Counted from the first letter of the stretch, positions 48,347 through 58,412 are shown. The stretch is DNA of 64,000 nucleotides from an uncultured Eubacteriales bacterium (GCA_934373635.1 CAKROZ010000003.1:76058-140057), one strand, 5' to 3'. Made by a program: numbers and translations. Notes: generated by a model not told the origin, from the letters alone.

Positions 48347-49237
48347 TTACGGTTTTTGCGGCTCGGCGAGCAGCTCGTCCGCAAGCTTCACGATCTTCGA
48401 AAGGCGATGCGAAAGCCCCGATTTCGTGATCGGCGGCACCGCCTTCTGTGCGAGCTGATAGAGCGAAAGATCACGATAAAGCAGACGGAGCCTCGCCGTC
48501 CGTTCCAGTTCCTCGGGCAGGCGGGACAGCAGCTCGCGGCGCTCGAGCTCTTCAATCTTCGCGATCTGGAGAGCACCGGCGACGACCGCCTTCTGAATAT
48601 TATTGGTCTCGCAATTGGCGACGCGGTTCGCGTTGTTGCGGAATTCGTTTTCGATCTTGAAATTCATGAACAGAAACGCCGTGCGGTTCATCCCCGCGAG
48701 GGCGAAGTAGTCCTCGATTGATGCGGAATCCCGAAAATAGAGAAGCTGCTCCTCCCGTCGCTTTGCATATTTCGGCGAAAGCCCTGTTTCCTCAAAGAAC
48801 AATCGGAACAGATTTGTTTTGCTTCCGAATGAAAATTCGAGGCAGAATTGTTTTTTCGGATCACTGACGCGTCCGGCGGCATAGAAAATTCCCGCAAAAA
48901 ACGCGTTTCGGCAACCCGTGCATGTGAGGGACGGATAGTAGAGGATCCCCTCCTTGTTGCGCAAAAGCAGGCGCTCGGCACTCGGAGAGAAAAAGGAGAT
49001 CTCCCGTCCGCGCCCGCCGAGCGCGGGAGTCGTCACATCGGCATCCCGTCCGAACGCCTCCGAGATCAGGGGCAATAGTGCCGCCGCGCTCTCGTCACCG
49101 TCCGTCCGGAGGAAGATCTTTCCCTCCCTGCACTCGCCTTTGGAAAGAAGGATCCCGACAAGAAAGCTCCTTCGACAGCACGGCAGTTTATAGGATTCTT
49201 TCAGAACCGCCGCTTTTTGTTCTTTGGAAAACGACAT
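48347..49237 (-). CDS. whiA: DNA-binding sporulation/cell-division regulator WhiA
   Basis: 296 aa. It has LAGLIDADG-like repeats and a C-terminal HTH (LSLYQLAQKAVPPITKSGLSHRL). Confidence 0.9.
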   Translation of the reverse strand: MSFSKEQKAAVLKESYKLPCCRRSFLVGILLSKGECREGKIFLRTDGDESAAALLPLISEAFGRDADVTTPALGGRGREISFFSPSAERLLLRNKEGILYYPSLTCTGCRNAFFAGIFYAAGRVSDPKKQFCLEFSFGSKTNLFRLFFEETGLSPKYAKRREEQLLYFRDSASIEDYFALAGMNRTAFLFMNFKIENEFRNNANRVANCETNNIQKAVVAGALQIAKIEELERRELLSRLPEELERTARLRLLYRDLSLYQLAQKAVPPITKSGLSHRLSKIVKLADELLAEPQKP

Positions 49238-49264
49238 GCGGCATCTCCTCTCCCGATTTTTGTA

Positions 49265-50158
49265 TTACAGCATACGGATCTCCGTTTTCAGGGTGACTCC
49301 GTATGCGCGTTCGACCGCTTCTTTTACGGTATCCGAAAGCATACGCACATCCGCGGAGCGTGCACCGCCCGCATTGACGATAAAGCCCGCGTGTTTTCGC
49401 GACACCTCGGCGCCGCCGATGCGGTATCCCTTGAAGCCGAGGCGATCGATATAATAAGCGGCGGATGTCTCCCCGACACGCAAAAAGACGCTGCCGAGAC
49501 TCGGCATACCGACGGGCTGTGACGCGCGTCGAAGTGCCGTCAGGCGGCAAAGCTCCGCCTGTGCCGTCTCTCTATCGAAGAGAGGCGCGCGGTATACGGC
49601 GGAGAGCAGGATCTCCCCGTCCTCCTCGCAAAGGCGGCTGTGCCGATAGGAAAACCGCATTTCCTCGAGGGAGAGCGTATAGACCTTTCTCTGCGGTACC
49701 GAATAGATCTCACAGGACAAAAGGGCATCCGACGTTTCATAGCCGAAGGCGCCCGCGTTCCCGCGCACGGCGCCGCCGACCGTCCCGGGAATCCCCGCAA
49801 GAGACGGAAACGCCATGCGTCCCTCTCGAAGCAAGAAGCGGGAAAGCGCCGCGCCGACGACTCCTGCCGACACCCTGGCGGTGTCGCCCGAGAGGGTGAT
49901 TCCCTGCATGGCACGGGTGGATAGGAAAACGGCATCACACTCCCCGTCGGGCGGCAATGTATTCGTCATATGCCCGACGAGGTACCACGGGTACTTCTCA
50001 CGAGACAGGAAGTCCGCGACAGCGATGAGGTCTTCTTTCTTTTTCGGTGACAAAAAGGCTCTGCACGTACCGCCGCACCGGATTGAGGTGTGGCGGGAAA
50101 GGTCTTCCCTCTCGGAAAACGGGATGTTTTTTTCTTCCAAAAATTCCGACAGCGTCAA
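49265..50158 (-). CDS. murB: UDP-N-acetylmuramate dehydrogenase
   Basis: 297 aa. It has an FAD-binding domain (GIPGTVGGAVRGNAGAFG) and the C-terminal SVFLR..G motif. Confidence 0.9.
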   Translation of the reverse strand: MTLSEFLEEKNIPFSEREDLSRHTSIRCGGTCRAFLSPKKKEDLIAVADFLSREKYPWYLVGHMTNTLPPDGECDAVFLSTRAMQGITLSGDTARVSAGVVGAALSRFLLREGRMAFPSLAGIPGTVGGAVRGNAGAFGYETSDALLSCEIYSVPQRKVYTLSLEEMRFSYRHSRLCEEDGEILLSAVYRAPLFDRETAQAELCRLTALRRASQPVGMPSLGSVFLRVGETSAAYYIDRLGFKGYRIGGAEVSRKHAGFIVNAGGARSADVRMLSDTVKEAVERAYGVTLKTEIRML

Positions 50159-50222
50159 GGTTCTCTCTCCCGGGGACTCGGATGGGGCAATTTACGCGTC
50201 CCGAAGCCGTATATCTTCGGAA

Positions 50223-51929
50223 TTATACGTTGTCCGGCTCCGCCGTATCTCCCGCGCGGAGCATATCCACGGCGGCACTCCGCTGAGCATCGGTCACGGA
50301 AATTCCACCGAGAATTCGGGAAATTTCCGCCACGCGCCCGTCAAAATCGAGGACGCGCACCTGTGTTTCCGTCGCGCCGTTCACGTCCGTTTTGCTGATT
50401 AAGAAATGCGTGTCCGATAGAGAGGCGATCTGCGCCGAATGGGTCACGCAGAACACCTGTGCCCCGCGGGCAAGCTCCTTCATCTTGATTCCGATCTTTC
50501 GTGCGGTCTTGCCGGAGACGCCCGCGTCGATCTCGTCGAAGATCAGGGTCGGAACGCCGTCCTTTTCGGCAAGGGCGCACTTCAATGCCAGCATAATTCT
50601 GGCAAGCTCGCCGCCCGACGCGATCTTCGCGATCGGCTGAGGGTCGGCGCCGCGGTTGGCGCTGATGAAGAATTCCGTCTTGTCGGCGCCGTTCGGGTAA
50701 AGCACTCTTTCTCCGCCGACCGTCTCCTGCCTGACGGAGGCGAAGAACACGACCTTCGGCATATCGAGGAAATCGAGCACTGCCTTGACTTCCCCTTCGA
50801 GGCGGGACGCCGCCCTTATTCGGAGCGTATGAAGCTCCTCCGCAACGGCAAGTGCCCTGCGGTAACGGCTCTCCTTTTGCGCGGCAAGCTCCTCGAGTCT
50901 GCCGTCCGCGTCCTCGAGTGCCTCGAGGTCGTGTGCGGCACGTTCGCGAAAGGCAAGAATGTCCGCCACGGTCAGCCCGTATTTTCGCTTCAGCTTCGAG
51001 ATCTTGTCGAGACGGGACTCGATCGCATTGAGCTTGTCGGTCGGGTCACCCCCCGCATCCTCGGTAATAGCATATGCCTCCTCGGCAATATCGTCCACGC
51101 TGTAAAGAATATCCCGCAGGCGTTCCGCATATTCGCCCGCCGCCGGAATCACGTCGGCAATCTGCGTCAGGGCGGCAACACTTCGGTCAAGGAGGAAGGA
51201 GACGCTTCCCTTTTCGCTCCCTTTGAGAGCTTTGAATACAAAGGATGCCTGCTTCATAATCCTCTCGCTGCTGCGGAGCTTTACCTTCTTATCGACCAGT
51301 TCTTCTTCCTCTCCGTCATGCAGAGAAAGCGCATCGATGTCGGCAATCTGATATTTCAGCATTTCGGTCAGACGTTCTCTTTCTCTTGCCTGTCCCGCGA
51401 GTGTTTCGAGCTCCCGCTTCGCCTCGCAATAGGATGCGTATGCGGTCTTATATTCCGCGAGCTTTTCGAGCGTTCCGCCGTAGATATCGATGAGCTCGAT
51501 ATGCCGCTCGGGATTCAGAAGCGACTGCGTGTCGTTCTGCCCGTGAACGCTCACAAGGTACGGGGTTACCGCGCGGAGAAGAGCAAGACTGATTGCTCGC
51601 CCGTTGATTCGTATCTGCGACTTTCCGTCCTGCGTCAGGGTACGCTGTATGAAAATATTGCCCTCTTCGTCGGGGGAAACACCAACCTCGGAAAGCTTTT
51701 CCGAAATGCTCTCGGTAAACTCCCCGAAGAGCCCGCTCACCGTCGCGGCATCGGTGCCCGTGCGAATCAGATTCTTATCTGCCTTTGCACCGAGAAGAAG
51801 ATACACGCTGTCGATAATCATCGATTTTCCCGCGCCCGTCTCGCCCGTCAGGGCAGAAAAGCCGTGAGGAAAATCCAGATCTACCGAGCGGATGACCGCG
51901 ATATTTTCAATATGCAAAGAAAGTAACAT
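50223..51929 (-). CDS. recN: DNA repair protein RecN
   Basis: 568 aa. Translation starts MLLSLHIENIAVI and contains Walker A (GETGAGKS) and the signature ASGGELARIMLAL. Confidence 0.95.
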   Translation of the reverse strand: MLLSLHIENIAVIRSVDLDFPHGFSALTGETGAGKSMIIDSVYLLLGAKADKNLIRTGTDAATVSGLFGEFTESISEKLSEVGVSPDEEGNIFIQRTLTQDGKSQIRINGRAISLALLRAVTPYLVSVHGQNDTQSLLNPERHIELIDIYGGTLEKLAEYKTAYASYCEAKRELETLAGQARERERLTEMLKYQIADIDALSLHDGEEEELVDKKVKLRSSERIMKQASFVFKALKGSEKGSVSFLLDRSVAALTQIADVIPAAGEYAERLRDILYSVDDIAEEAYAITEDAGGDPTDKLNAIESRLDKISKLKRKYGLTVADILAFRERAAHDLEALEDADGRLEELAAQKESRYRRALAVAEELHTLRIRAASRLEGEVKAVLDFLDMPKVVFFASVRQETVGGERVLYPNGADKTEFFISANRGADPQPIAKIASGGELARIMLALKCALAEKDGVPTLIFDEIDAGVSGKTARKIGIKMKELARGAQVFCVTHSAQIASLSDTHFLISKTDVNGATETQVRVLDFDGRVAEISRILGGISVTDAQRSAAVDMLRAGDTAEPDNV

Positions 51930-51985
51930 AACTCCCGTTTCCTTTCTGTTTGTCGGCTGCCCGACAGGATGTCGCTTTCTGCCCC

Positions 51986-52438
51986 TTACCTTTTCTTAAA
52001 CACATCGTAGAGCTTTTCTCTGATATGCTCCGCCTCTCCCGCGCGAGCGACAAAAAGAATGGTGTCGTCTCCCGCCACACTGCCGAGAATCTCCGGCAGG
52101 GAAAGTCCGTCCACACAGCTTGCGAGCGCGTTTGCCATACCGGGAAGCGTGCGCAAGATGATGATGTTATCCGAAATCTCAATCCTTGTGATCGCAGCGG
52201 CGAGAGTCGAATTCAAAACAGGGGTCGGCGGCTCCTTTCTGAGGTTCGGCAAAACATATTTATAGGTTCCGCGCTCGGTCAGCCCCTTGACGAGCTTCAT
52301 CTCCTTGATATCGCGGGAAACCGTGGTCTGCGTCACGTCGAAGCCCGCCTCCTTCAGGCGTTCCTGCAACGTGGTTTGCGTATCGATTTCATATTTCTCG
52401 ATAAGCTCGAGAATTTTATTCTGACGGGTACGTTTCAT
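51986..52438 (-). CDS. argR: arginine repressor
   Basis: Translation from the ATG at 52438 starts MKRTRQNKILELI. It has a winged-helix part (TQTTVSRDI) and a C-terminal GTVAGDDT-like SVAGDDT. Confidence 0.9.
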   Translation of the reverse strand: MKRTRQNKILELIEKYEIDTQTTLQERLKEAGFDVTQTTVSRDIKEMKLVKGLTERGTYKYVLPNLRKEPPTPVLNSTLAAAITRIEISDNIIILRTLPGMANALASCVDGLSLPEILGSVAGDDTILFVARAGEAEHIREKLYDVFKKR

Positions 52439-52519
52439 AATGATGTCCTTTCTGTATTCGGCGGGTTGCACCGCCCCGAAAAAAATCGGAAGGCACGGGG
52501 CACGTAAGCCGCACATCGG

Positions 52520-53362
52520 TTATATTTCTTCCAGTTTCCGCATCTTCGAAAACAGTGCGGAAAAGGTATCGTTTTCACGGAAGGTCAAAAGTTTCAGAGA
52601 GCGCTCGGCGCGACGGATCGCGCAGGTCTCCCCGGGATAGAGGGTGTCGAACGGTCTTCCGTCCACTGAGAGTCCGAGGGGTACCTCACCCGCGGTGAGA
52701 GTAAGTCTTTCCTCCGGAGAAAATACGATGGAGCGATTGAAGAAGGAATGGGGGCAGACGGGGGTCACGGTGATCGACGGGACGCTGTGCGCGACGATGG
52801 GACCGCCGGCGGAAAGCGAATATGCGGTAGAGCCCGTCGGCGTGGAAAAAATCAGGCCGTCCGCGCGATAGGAAACGCTCTCCCCCGCCTCGGTATGAAG
52901 GCGCAGTGTCGCGAGCCCGACCGCGCCGTCATGCGACGCGAATACCTCATTGACCGCATAGCGCGCGGAGGGCACTTCCCGTCCCTCCCGCAAAACGGAG
53001 ACGGTCAAAAGCATCTCTTCTCTGACGGTATACTCGCCGCGAAACAGACGGTCGAGTCGGTCAAGCTGCGAGGGGTCGAGCTCGGCAAGGTAGCCGAGCT
53101 TTCCGAGATTGACGCCGAGGACGGGAACACCCGCCGCGACGGCATCGACCGAAGCGTCGAGAATCGAGCCGTCCCCGCCGACGACCAAGAACAGGTCGGG
53201 GGCGTCGGGAAAGCTCTCCGAGGCGAGCGTCGGAAACGTCCCGCGGTACTGCGGCGGAAGTGTGACCGTCGCGCCGTTTTTCGACAGGCGGTCGACGATC
53301 TCTCCCGTAACGCGGAGCGTCGGGTCTTTTTTCGGATTTGGCAACAGAGCGATTCGCTTCAC
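52520..53362 (-). CDS. nadK: NAD kinase
   Basis: The GTG start at 53362 overlaps the tlyA stop (GTGA). Sequence includes GGDGS, NLGKLGYL and PTGSTAYSLSAGGP. Confidence 0.85.
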   Translation of the reverse strand: MKRIALLPNPKKDPTLRVTGEIVDRLSKNGATVTLPPQYRGTFPTLASESFPDAPDLFLVVGGDGSILDASVDAVAAGVPVLGVNLGKLGYLAELDPSQLDRLDRLFRGEYTVREEMLLTVSVLREGREVPSARYAVNEVFASHDGAVGLATLRLHTEAGESVSYRADGLIFSTPTGSTAYSLSAGGPIVAHSVPSITVTPVCPHSFFNRSIVFSPEERLTLTAGEVPLGLSVDGRPFDTLYPGETCAIRRAERSLKLLTFRENDTFSALFSKMRKLEEI

Positions 53363-54111
53363 GGCTGTCTCTCCTTTCGGGATTCCCCTTTGGTAAAATG
53401 AACGAGATATTCGGTATTTCCGTCTCCGCCGAGTATCGGAGACACCATCCTGCCCCGAACGGCAAAGCCGTATTGCACGGCAAAGGCACACACGCGGCGA
53501 AGTGCGTCCTCGCGAAGCAGCTTGTCCTTCACAATTCCGCCTTTCCCGACACCGGAGCGTCCCACCTCAAACTGCGGCTTGACAAGGCAGACAAAATCGG
53601 CGTTGTCGTCGAGCGTGCGATAAACGGCGGGAATGATGTGCGTGGCGGAGATAAAAGAAACGTCCATCACGCAAAGGTCGGGAACATACGGAAGGTCGTC
53701 GCGCGTCATATATCTTGCATTGTAGTTTTCCATCACGTGGACACGACGGTCGGCGCGAAGAGAGGAAACGAGCTGTCCCGACCCGACATCGGCGGCAATC
53801 ACGCGCTCGGCACCGTTCTGAAGCAGGCAGTCGGTAAAACCGCCGCTCGACGCACCGATGTCCAGTGCATACCGCCCGCGAACGGGAATTCCGAAGGTGA
53901 GAAGTGCCCCCTCGAGCTTGTACCCGCCTCGCCCGACATATTTTTTTCTGCCGTGGTCGAGAAAAATCTTCTCTTCCCGCCCCGTCACGTCGAAAGCGGG
54001 CTTCGTGATTGTCTTTCCGTCCAAGAAGACCGCGCCGTCCGAGATGAAGGACTTCGCCTCACTGCGGCTCCCCGCGAATCCGTTCTCGAACAAAAAAACA
54101 TCAAGTCTCAT
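53359..54111 (-). CDS. tlyA: TlyA-family rRNA 2'-O-methyltransferase
   Basis: Translation from 54111 starts MRLDVFL (S4 domain). The SAM motif is LDIGASSGGFTD. An 11-nt overlap links it to xseB. Confidence 0.85.
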   Translation of the reverse strand: MRLDVFLFENGFAGSRSEAKSFISDGAVFLDGKTITKPAFDVTGREEKIFLDHGRKKYVGRGGYKLEGALLTFGIPVRGRYALDIGASSGGFTDCLLQNGAERVIAADVGSGQLVSSLRADRRVHVMENYNARYMTRDDLPYVPDLCVMDVSFISATHIIPAVYRTLDDNADFVCLVKPQFEVGRSGVGKGGIVKDKLLREDALRRVCAFAVQYGFAVRGRMVSPILGGDGNTEYLVHFTKGESRKERQP

Positions 54112-54340
54112 CGGGAGCGGCAAACGGGGCGTCGGTCACCGTGCCCCCTTCTCCTTCTGTCAGGATCCGCACCTTCTGCTCGGCGTCCTCCAGCCGTTCG
54201 TTGCAGAAGCGGACGAGTCCGACCGCCTCCTCGTAGGCGGCGAGCGCCTCGGAGAGCGGAAGAGAGCCTCCCTCCAAGCGTCGGACCGTAGCGTCGAGCT
54301 TTTCCATTGCGCTCTCGAATGTCATCGTTTCGTCTTTCAT
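54101..54340 (-). CDS. xseB: exodeoxyribonuclease VII small subunit
   Basis: 79 aa. FESAMEKLDATVRRLEGGSLPLSEALAAYEEAV is typical of XseB. Confidence 0.85.
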   Translation of the reverse strand: MKDETMTFESAMEKLDATVRRLEGGSLPLSEALAAYEEAVGLVRFCNERLEDAEQKVRILTEGEGGTVTDAPFAAPDET

Positions 54341-55584
54341 TCTGTTCTCTCCCCTTCGTATGGTTTGGATTCTTTGATGCTTGCGACCGCCACGCCGTCG
54401 GCAAACAGGAGGGTCAGGTCTTCCCCGACACTCGCCTCGCGCACCGAGGAGATCGGGTGTCCGTCACGCTCTGGCACGCAAAAGCCGCGGGTCAGCACCG
54501 ACATCGGATCGAGTGCCTGCGCCTTCCCCGCAAGGAGTGCGAGAGACGCGCGCGCTTTTTCCGTGTTTATGCGCACGGCGGTATCTGCCCTCTCGCGAAG
54601 GGAGCGTACCGCGTCATAAAAAGGCGTCAGGATTGTCTCGGGCTCCGTGAGCGGACGGCGGGCGGCAAGCGCGTCGAGCCGTTCCCTTTTCCGCCCGACG
54701 AAGGCGGTGAGGGCGGCATCGAGCCGATCCTTCGTCCTGTCGAGAGAAAGCAACAATTCCTTTCGGTCGGGGACGGCGATCTCCGCCGCGGCGGAGGGAG
54801 TCGGCGCACGCAGGTCGGCAACAAAATCGCAGATGGTGAAATCGATCTCGTGCCCGACGGCGGAGATCACGGGAACCGTCATGTCGTAGATCTTCCGCGC
54901 GAGCGCCTCGCTGTTGAACGCCCAAAGGTCCTCGATGGAGCCGCCGCCGCGACCGATAATGACGGTATCGCAAAGTCGGCTCTCCTCGAAAAAGTCAAGG
55001 GCGGCAAGGAGAGAGGGCACCGCTCCCTCCCCCTGTACGAGCGCGGGATAGAGATAAATTTTCGTTGCGGGAAATCTGCGCGCGGTGATATGGAGAATGT
55101 CGCGGATCGCCGCGCCCGTCGGCGAAGTGATAACGCCGAGGGCACGCGGAATCTTCGGAATACTGCGCTTATGCGCTTCGTCGAAGAGTCCCTCTGCCCG
55201 CAGTTTTTCTTTCAGTTGTTCATAGGCGAGATACAGGGCGCCGACGCCGTCGGGCTGCATCGCGTTGACATAGAGCTGATAGCTTCCGCCCTTCGTATAC
55301 ACCGACACCGAGCCGAACAGAATGACGCGCATCCCGTCCGCGGGTCGGAAGGCGAGGCGCGCGGCGGCGGAGCGGAACATCACCGCCCGTATCTGCCCCT
55401 CCTCATCCTTTAAGGAAAAGTACAGATGTCCGCTCGTATGGGACACGAAATTGGAGATCTCCCCCTTCACCGTCACGCGGGTCAGGCGGGGATCCGCCTC
55501 CATCATCGACTTGATATAGCCGTTCAGCTCGGAGACGGAAAAGGGCTCTGGCGTCTGCCGTTCCCTGAGCGAGGACAGGTCCAT
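54337..55584 (-). CDS. xseA: exodeoxyribonuclease VII large subunit
   Basis: From the ATG at 55584. It has an OB fold (VKGEISNF..H.SGHLYFSLKD) and the catalytic region VIIGRGGGSIEDLW. Confidence 0.9.
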   Translation of the reverse strand: MDLSSLRERQTPEPFSVSELNGYIKSMMEADPRLTRVTVKGEISNFVSHTSGHLYFSLKDEEGQIRAVMFRSAAARLAFRPADGMRVILFGSVSVYTKGGSYQLYVNAMQPDGVGALYLAYEQLKEKLRAEGLFDEAHKRSIPKIPRALGVITSPTGAAIRDILHITARRFPATKIYLYPALVQGEGAVPSLLAALDFFEESRLCDTVIIGRGGGSIEDLWAFNSEALARKIYDMTVPVISAVGHEIDFTICDFVADLRAPTPSAAAEIAVPDRKELLLSLDRTKDRLDAALTAFVGRKRERLDALAARRPLTEPETILTPFYDAVRSLRERADTAVRINTEKARASLALLAGKAQALDPMSVLTRGFCVPERDGHPISSVREASVGEDLTLLFADGVAVASIKESKPYEGERTE

Positions 55585-55597
55585 GGGGTTCTCCTTT

Positions 55598-56602
55598 CTA
55601 AGAAAAGTCGACGCCGTATCGTCTCGCCGTGAGCGCCGCGATCCCGACGGCGTTGTCCGCCGAGAGTGCGGGAATCGCAAACGCCGCGTCAAAGGCTTCG
55701 GCAAGGCGTGCTTTCAGAATCGAATTGCTCATGACCCCGCCGACAAAGAGGACGGGGGCGTCGCCGTTTTCAAGGATAGCGCGTCTTGTCACGCCCTCGA
55801 TGGCGTCGCAGAGATACGAGAGGGTGAACGCGGCGGTGAGGGGTGCGTCGTTTGTCTCGCGATAGAGTTTCTCCGCGAGATTTTCAAGTCCCGAAAGGGA
55901 CGCATACGTGCTTCGGATCCTCGGATGCTTTTTCGGCAGGGGGGTCTTATTTTCCTTTGCGAGCGCCTCAAGCGGAGCTCCCGCGGGAAAGGGCAATCCC
56001 ATCATCACGCCGATGCGATCGATCGCCTGCCCGGCGTGAAGATCGTCCGTCCCGCCGATCTCGCGGGTGAGAAATTCATCCCCCGCCATGCGGACGGAGA
56101 GAAGGTCGGTCGTCCCGCCCGAAATATGGAACGCGTAAAAATCGCGTGCAAGCAGATCCCACCGCCCCGAAGAAACGATCGCCGCCATCATATGCCCGCA
56201 CTGATGCGAGAAAGAATAGAGTGGGACGTCCGTCGCGGCAGAGATGCTCTCCGCCGCCGCCCGACCGACAAGGAAGCAGGGCATGTAGGAGCCCTCTCTC
56301 GCGCGCGGACGCGTGCTCACGCCGACGGCGAGGAGAGGACGTCCGCGAAGAACGTCCTTTGCCTCCTCCATTGCGGAGGGAAGATTTTTGACATGGGCGA
56401 ACACGGCGTCCGACTGCCGCAGTCCGCACTCCCCGCTCTTCACGGGAAGAGGGCGCTTGATGTTGGCGAGCACCTCACCGGCGACGGAGAAAATGCCGAC
56501 CGAGGTGGTATAGTTGCTCGTATCGATCCCGAGAAAAACGCCCCGCTCGGGCAAGGGACGAAAGGCGTCGCCCGTGAGAGAAGAACACATGTCTCCGCTC
56601 AT
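55598..56602 (-). CDS. Kae1/TsaD-like (M22 glycoprotease family, ASKHA fold) paralogue
   Basis: 334 aa. Sequence includes GIDTSNYTTSV, HQCGH (metal-site-like), ISGGTTDLL, the GxAxDRxG region and C-terminal SADNAVGIA. The start overlaps the nusB stop (ATGA). Confidence 0.7.
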   Translation of the reverse strand: MSGDMCSSLTGDAFRPLPERGVFLGIDTSNYTTSVGIFSVAGEVLANIKRPLPVKSGECGLRQSDAVFAHVKNLPSAMEEAKDVLRGRPLLAVGVSTRPRAREGSYMPCFLVGRAAAESISAATDVPLYSFSHQCGHMMAAIVSSGRWDLLARDFYAFHISGGTTDLLSVRMAGDEFLTREIGGTDDLHAGQAIDRIGVMMGLPFPAGAPLEALAKENKTPLPKKHPRIRSTYASLSGLENLAEKLYRETNDAPLTAAFTLSYLCDAIEGVTRRAILENGDAPVLFVGGVMSNSILKARLAEAFDAAFAIPALSADNAVGIAALTARRYGVDFS

Positions 56603-57006
56603 TCCTTTTTCCCGAGTTTATCGGCGGCGGCATTCAGCACGCCGTTGACGAAAACATACGCCTTTTCATCGTCGAATTTTTTCGAGAGTTCGATTCCCTC
56701 GTTGATCGTGACCTTCGCGGGAATGTCCTCACAGAACATCAGCTCGTACACCCCGAGGCGAAGGATCGCCGTCGACGCGGTGGAGACGCGCTCCCGCTTC
56801 CATCCGACGAGGCAATCGCCGATCACGGCGTCGATCTCCTCGCGATGCTCGCGCACGCCGAAAAACACCCGTTTGACGTAATCGTCGGTCTCGAGCTCCC
56901 GCTCCTCCGTCGCAAGGGTATAGATCTCCTCGGCGTCGTCGTTCTTTCTCGCCGCGTCCTCAAAGAGAAGGAGAAAGGCGTTTTCCCGCGCGGTTTTTCT
57001 GTTCAT
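56599..57006 (-). CDS. nusB: transcription antitermination factor NusB
   Basis: 135 aa. Translation starts RKTARENAFLLLF and has the C-terminal FVNGVL motif. Confidence 0.9.
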   Translation of the reverse strand: MNRKTARENAFLLLFEDAARKNDDAEEIYTLATEERELETDDYVKRVFFGVREHREEIDAVIGDCLVGWKRERVSTASTAILRLGVYELMFCEDIPAKVTINEGIELSKKFDDEKAYVFVNGVLNAAADKLGKKE

Positions 57007-57044
57007 GGTTTGCCTCCGAAAGATATAAATAAAGTTTCTTAAAT

Positions 57045-57073
57045 ATTATAATATTTTTTTTTCGCTTTGTCAA
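57045..57073 (-). promoter_or_regulatory. sigma-A type promoter of the nusB operon
   Basis: Minus strand: TTGACA, 17-nt spacer, TATAAT. Confidence 0.5.
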
Positions 57074-57152
57074 GGCGTTTTTCCCTCTTTCGCGAAAAAG
57101 TGTATTTCCCGTCGTAAGGACATGAAGAAAAGGAATTTTTCCGTTTTTCCTC

Positions 57153-57181
57153 TTGAAATACGGAGGCGGATATGCTATAAT
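57153..57181 (+). promoter_or_regulatory. sigma-A type promoter of the membrane protein/TraX pair
   Basis: TTGAAA, 17-nt spacer, TATAAT. Confidence 0.5.
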
Positions 57182-57230
57182 CGTAGTTAGTTTGCCGCGG
57201 CACGCGCCGCGACCTTATCGGAGGTACTCC

Positions 57231-57689
57231 ATGCGCCGAGTATTCAGGCTGATCGAGACGGGGGCACTCTATACCGTCCTCATCACTTCCCTTTTCATGC
57301 TCTTTTCCGCGCTTTCCGGACTTTCTTCTCCCGCCATTACCGCAGGAAGATTCTTTATTATCCTCGGTTTCGGAATGTTGCTTTCCGTCGCAGGACTTCT
57401 CTTTGAAGTGAAGAATTTGCCTTATTTTGTAAAGCTTATTTTGCATTATGCGGTTGCACTGGTTGCTTTTATCCTGCTTTTTGTTGTCATCGGCAATCTT
57501 GCGGCGCGCGGTGTTGCGACGGTTTTTGCCGTGTCCGTGTTTTTTACCGCGCTGTATTTTCTCGTTTTCTTTCTCGTTCGTCTCGTCCGCCGTCTTCTTG
57601 AAAAGCACACGGGCGACACCGAAAAAAGAGACGGGACGGGAGAGGAGAAAAAGGACGAGAACGGCTATACGCCCCGCTATCGCTTATGA
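57231..57689 (+). CDS. hypothetical 4-TM membrane protein
   Basis: The ATG at 57231 follows GGAGGT. There are four hydrophobic helices and an acidic/basic tail. A 4-nt overlap links it to the TraX gene. Confidence 0.55.
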   Translation: MRRVFRLIETGALYTVLITSLFMLFSALSGLSSPAITAGRFFIILGFGMLLSVAGLLFEVKNLPYFVKLILHYAVALVAFILLFVVIGNLAARGVATVFAVSVFFTALYFLVFFLVRLVRRLLEKHTGDTEKRDGTGEEKKDENGYTPRYRL

Positions 57690-58390
57690 ATTTGAAAACT
57701 TCCTTCTTCAATCGTAACGTCTTAAAATTCATTGCTTTCGCGACGATGCTCGCCGATCATGCGGCAGTGCTCCTCTTCGACGGATTCCTTCCCCTTCGCA
57801 TCATCGGGCGGCTTTCCTTCCCGATCTTCGCCTACATGATCGCGGAGGGATGCCGTTACACCTCGAATCGGCGCCGCTACTTCTTGCGCCTCTTTGTGCT
57901 CGGCGTTCTCTGCAATCTCATTTATTTTGTCGCCTCGAAGCAATTGACCTTCTCCATTCTCATTACCTTCTCTCTGTCGATCCTGCTCATCTCTGCCGTC
58001 GACGCGTTTCGCTCGCAACGGGAAACCGGGCACATCCCCGTGCTCCCCGTCCTCGGCATGGCCGCCCTGATCGCCGTCGCGTATTTTCTCGGCGGGGTGA
58101 CCTCTCCTCTGCGCACCTTCGGCGTCACGCTCGATTACGGAATTCTCGGCGTTCTGACGCCCGTCCTTCTCTATTGTCTTCCCGAAAAGCGGGAGAAGCT
58201 CGTGATGCTCGGTGCGGCAATGATTGCCGAAACGCTGTGCACCGCATGGTATCAGGTCTTCTCTCTTCTCGCAATTCCCCTGCTCTATTTTTATAACGGA
58301 GAGCCCGGGTCACCCCGATGGAAATACTTTTTCTATCTCGGCTACCCTCTTCATCTTTTACTCCTCGCGGCGCTCTCGATGCTTCTCTGA
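57686..58390 (+). CDS. TraX-family membrane protein
   Basis: 234 aa. The N-terminus LKFIAFATMLADHAAVLL and the motif GRLSFPIFAYMIAEG are typical of TraX. Confidence 0.75.
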   Translation: MNLKTSFFNRNVLKFIAFATMLADHAAVLLFDGFLPLRIIGRLSFPIFAYMIAEGCRYTSNRRRYFLRLFVLGVLCNLIYFVASKQLTFSILITFSLSILLISAVDAFRSQRETGHIPVLPVLGMAALIAVAYFLGGVTSPLRTFGVTLDYGILGVLTPVLLYCLPEKREKLVMLGAAMIAETLCTAWYQVFSLLAIPLLYFYNGEPGSPRWKYFFYLGYPLHLLLLAALSMLL

Positions 58391-58412
58391 GCGTCGGTGC
58401 CGCGAACTTTCC

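Noticed and set aside
53359-54340. Absence of ispA and dxs between xseB and tlyA, compared with the Bacillus subtilis operon.
   Set aside because: This is a synteny difference between lineages rather than an anomaly. The genes abut or overlap cleanly with no sign of a deletion scar.
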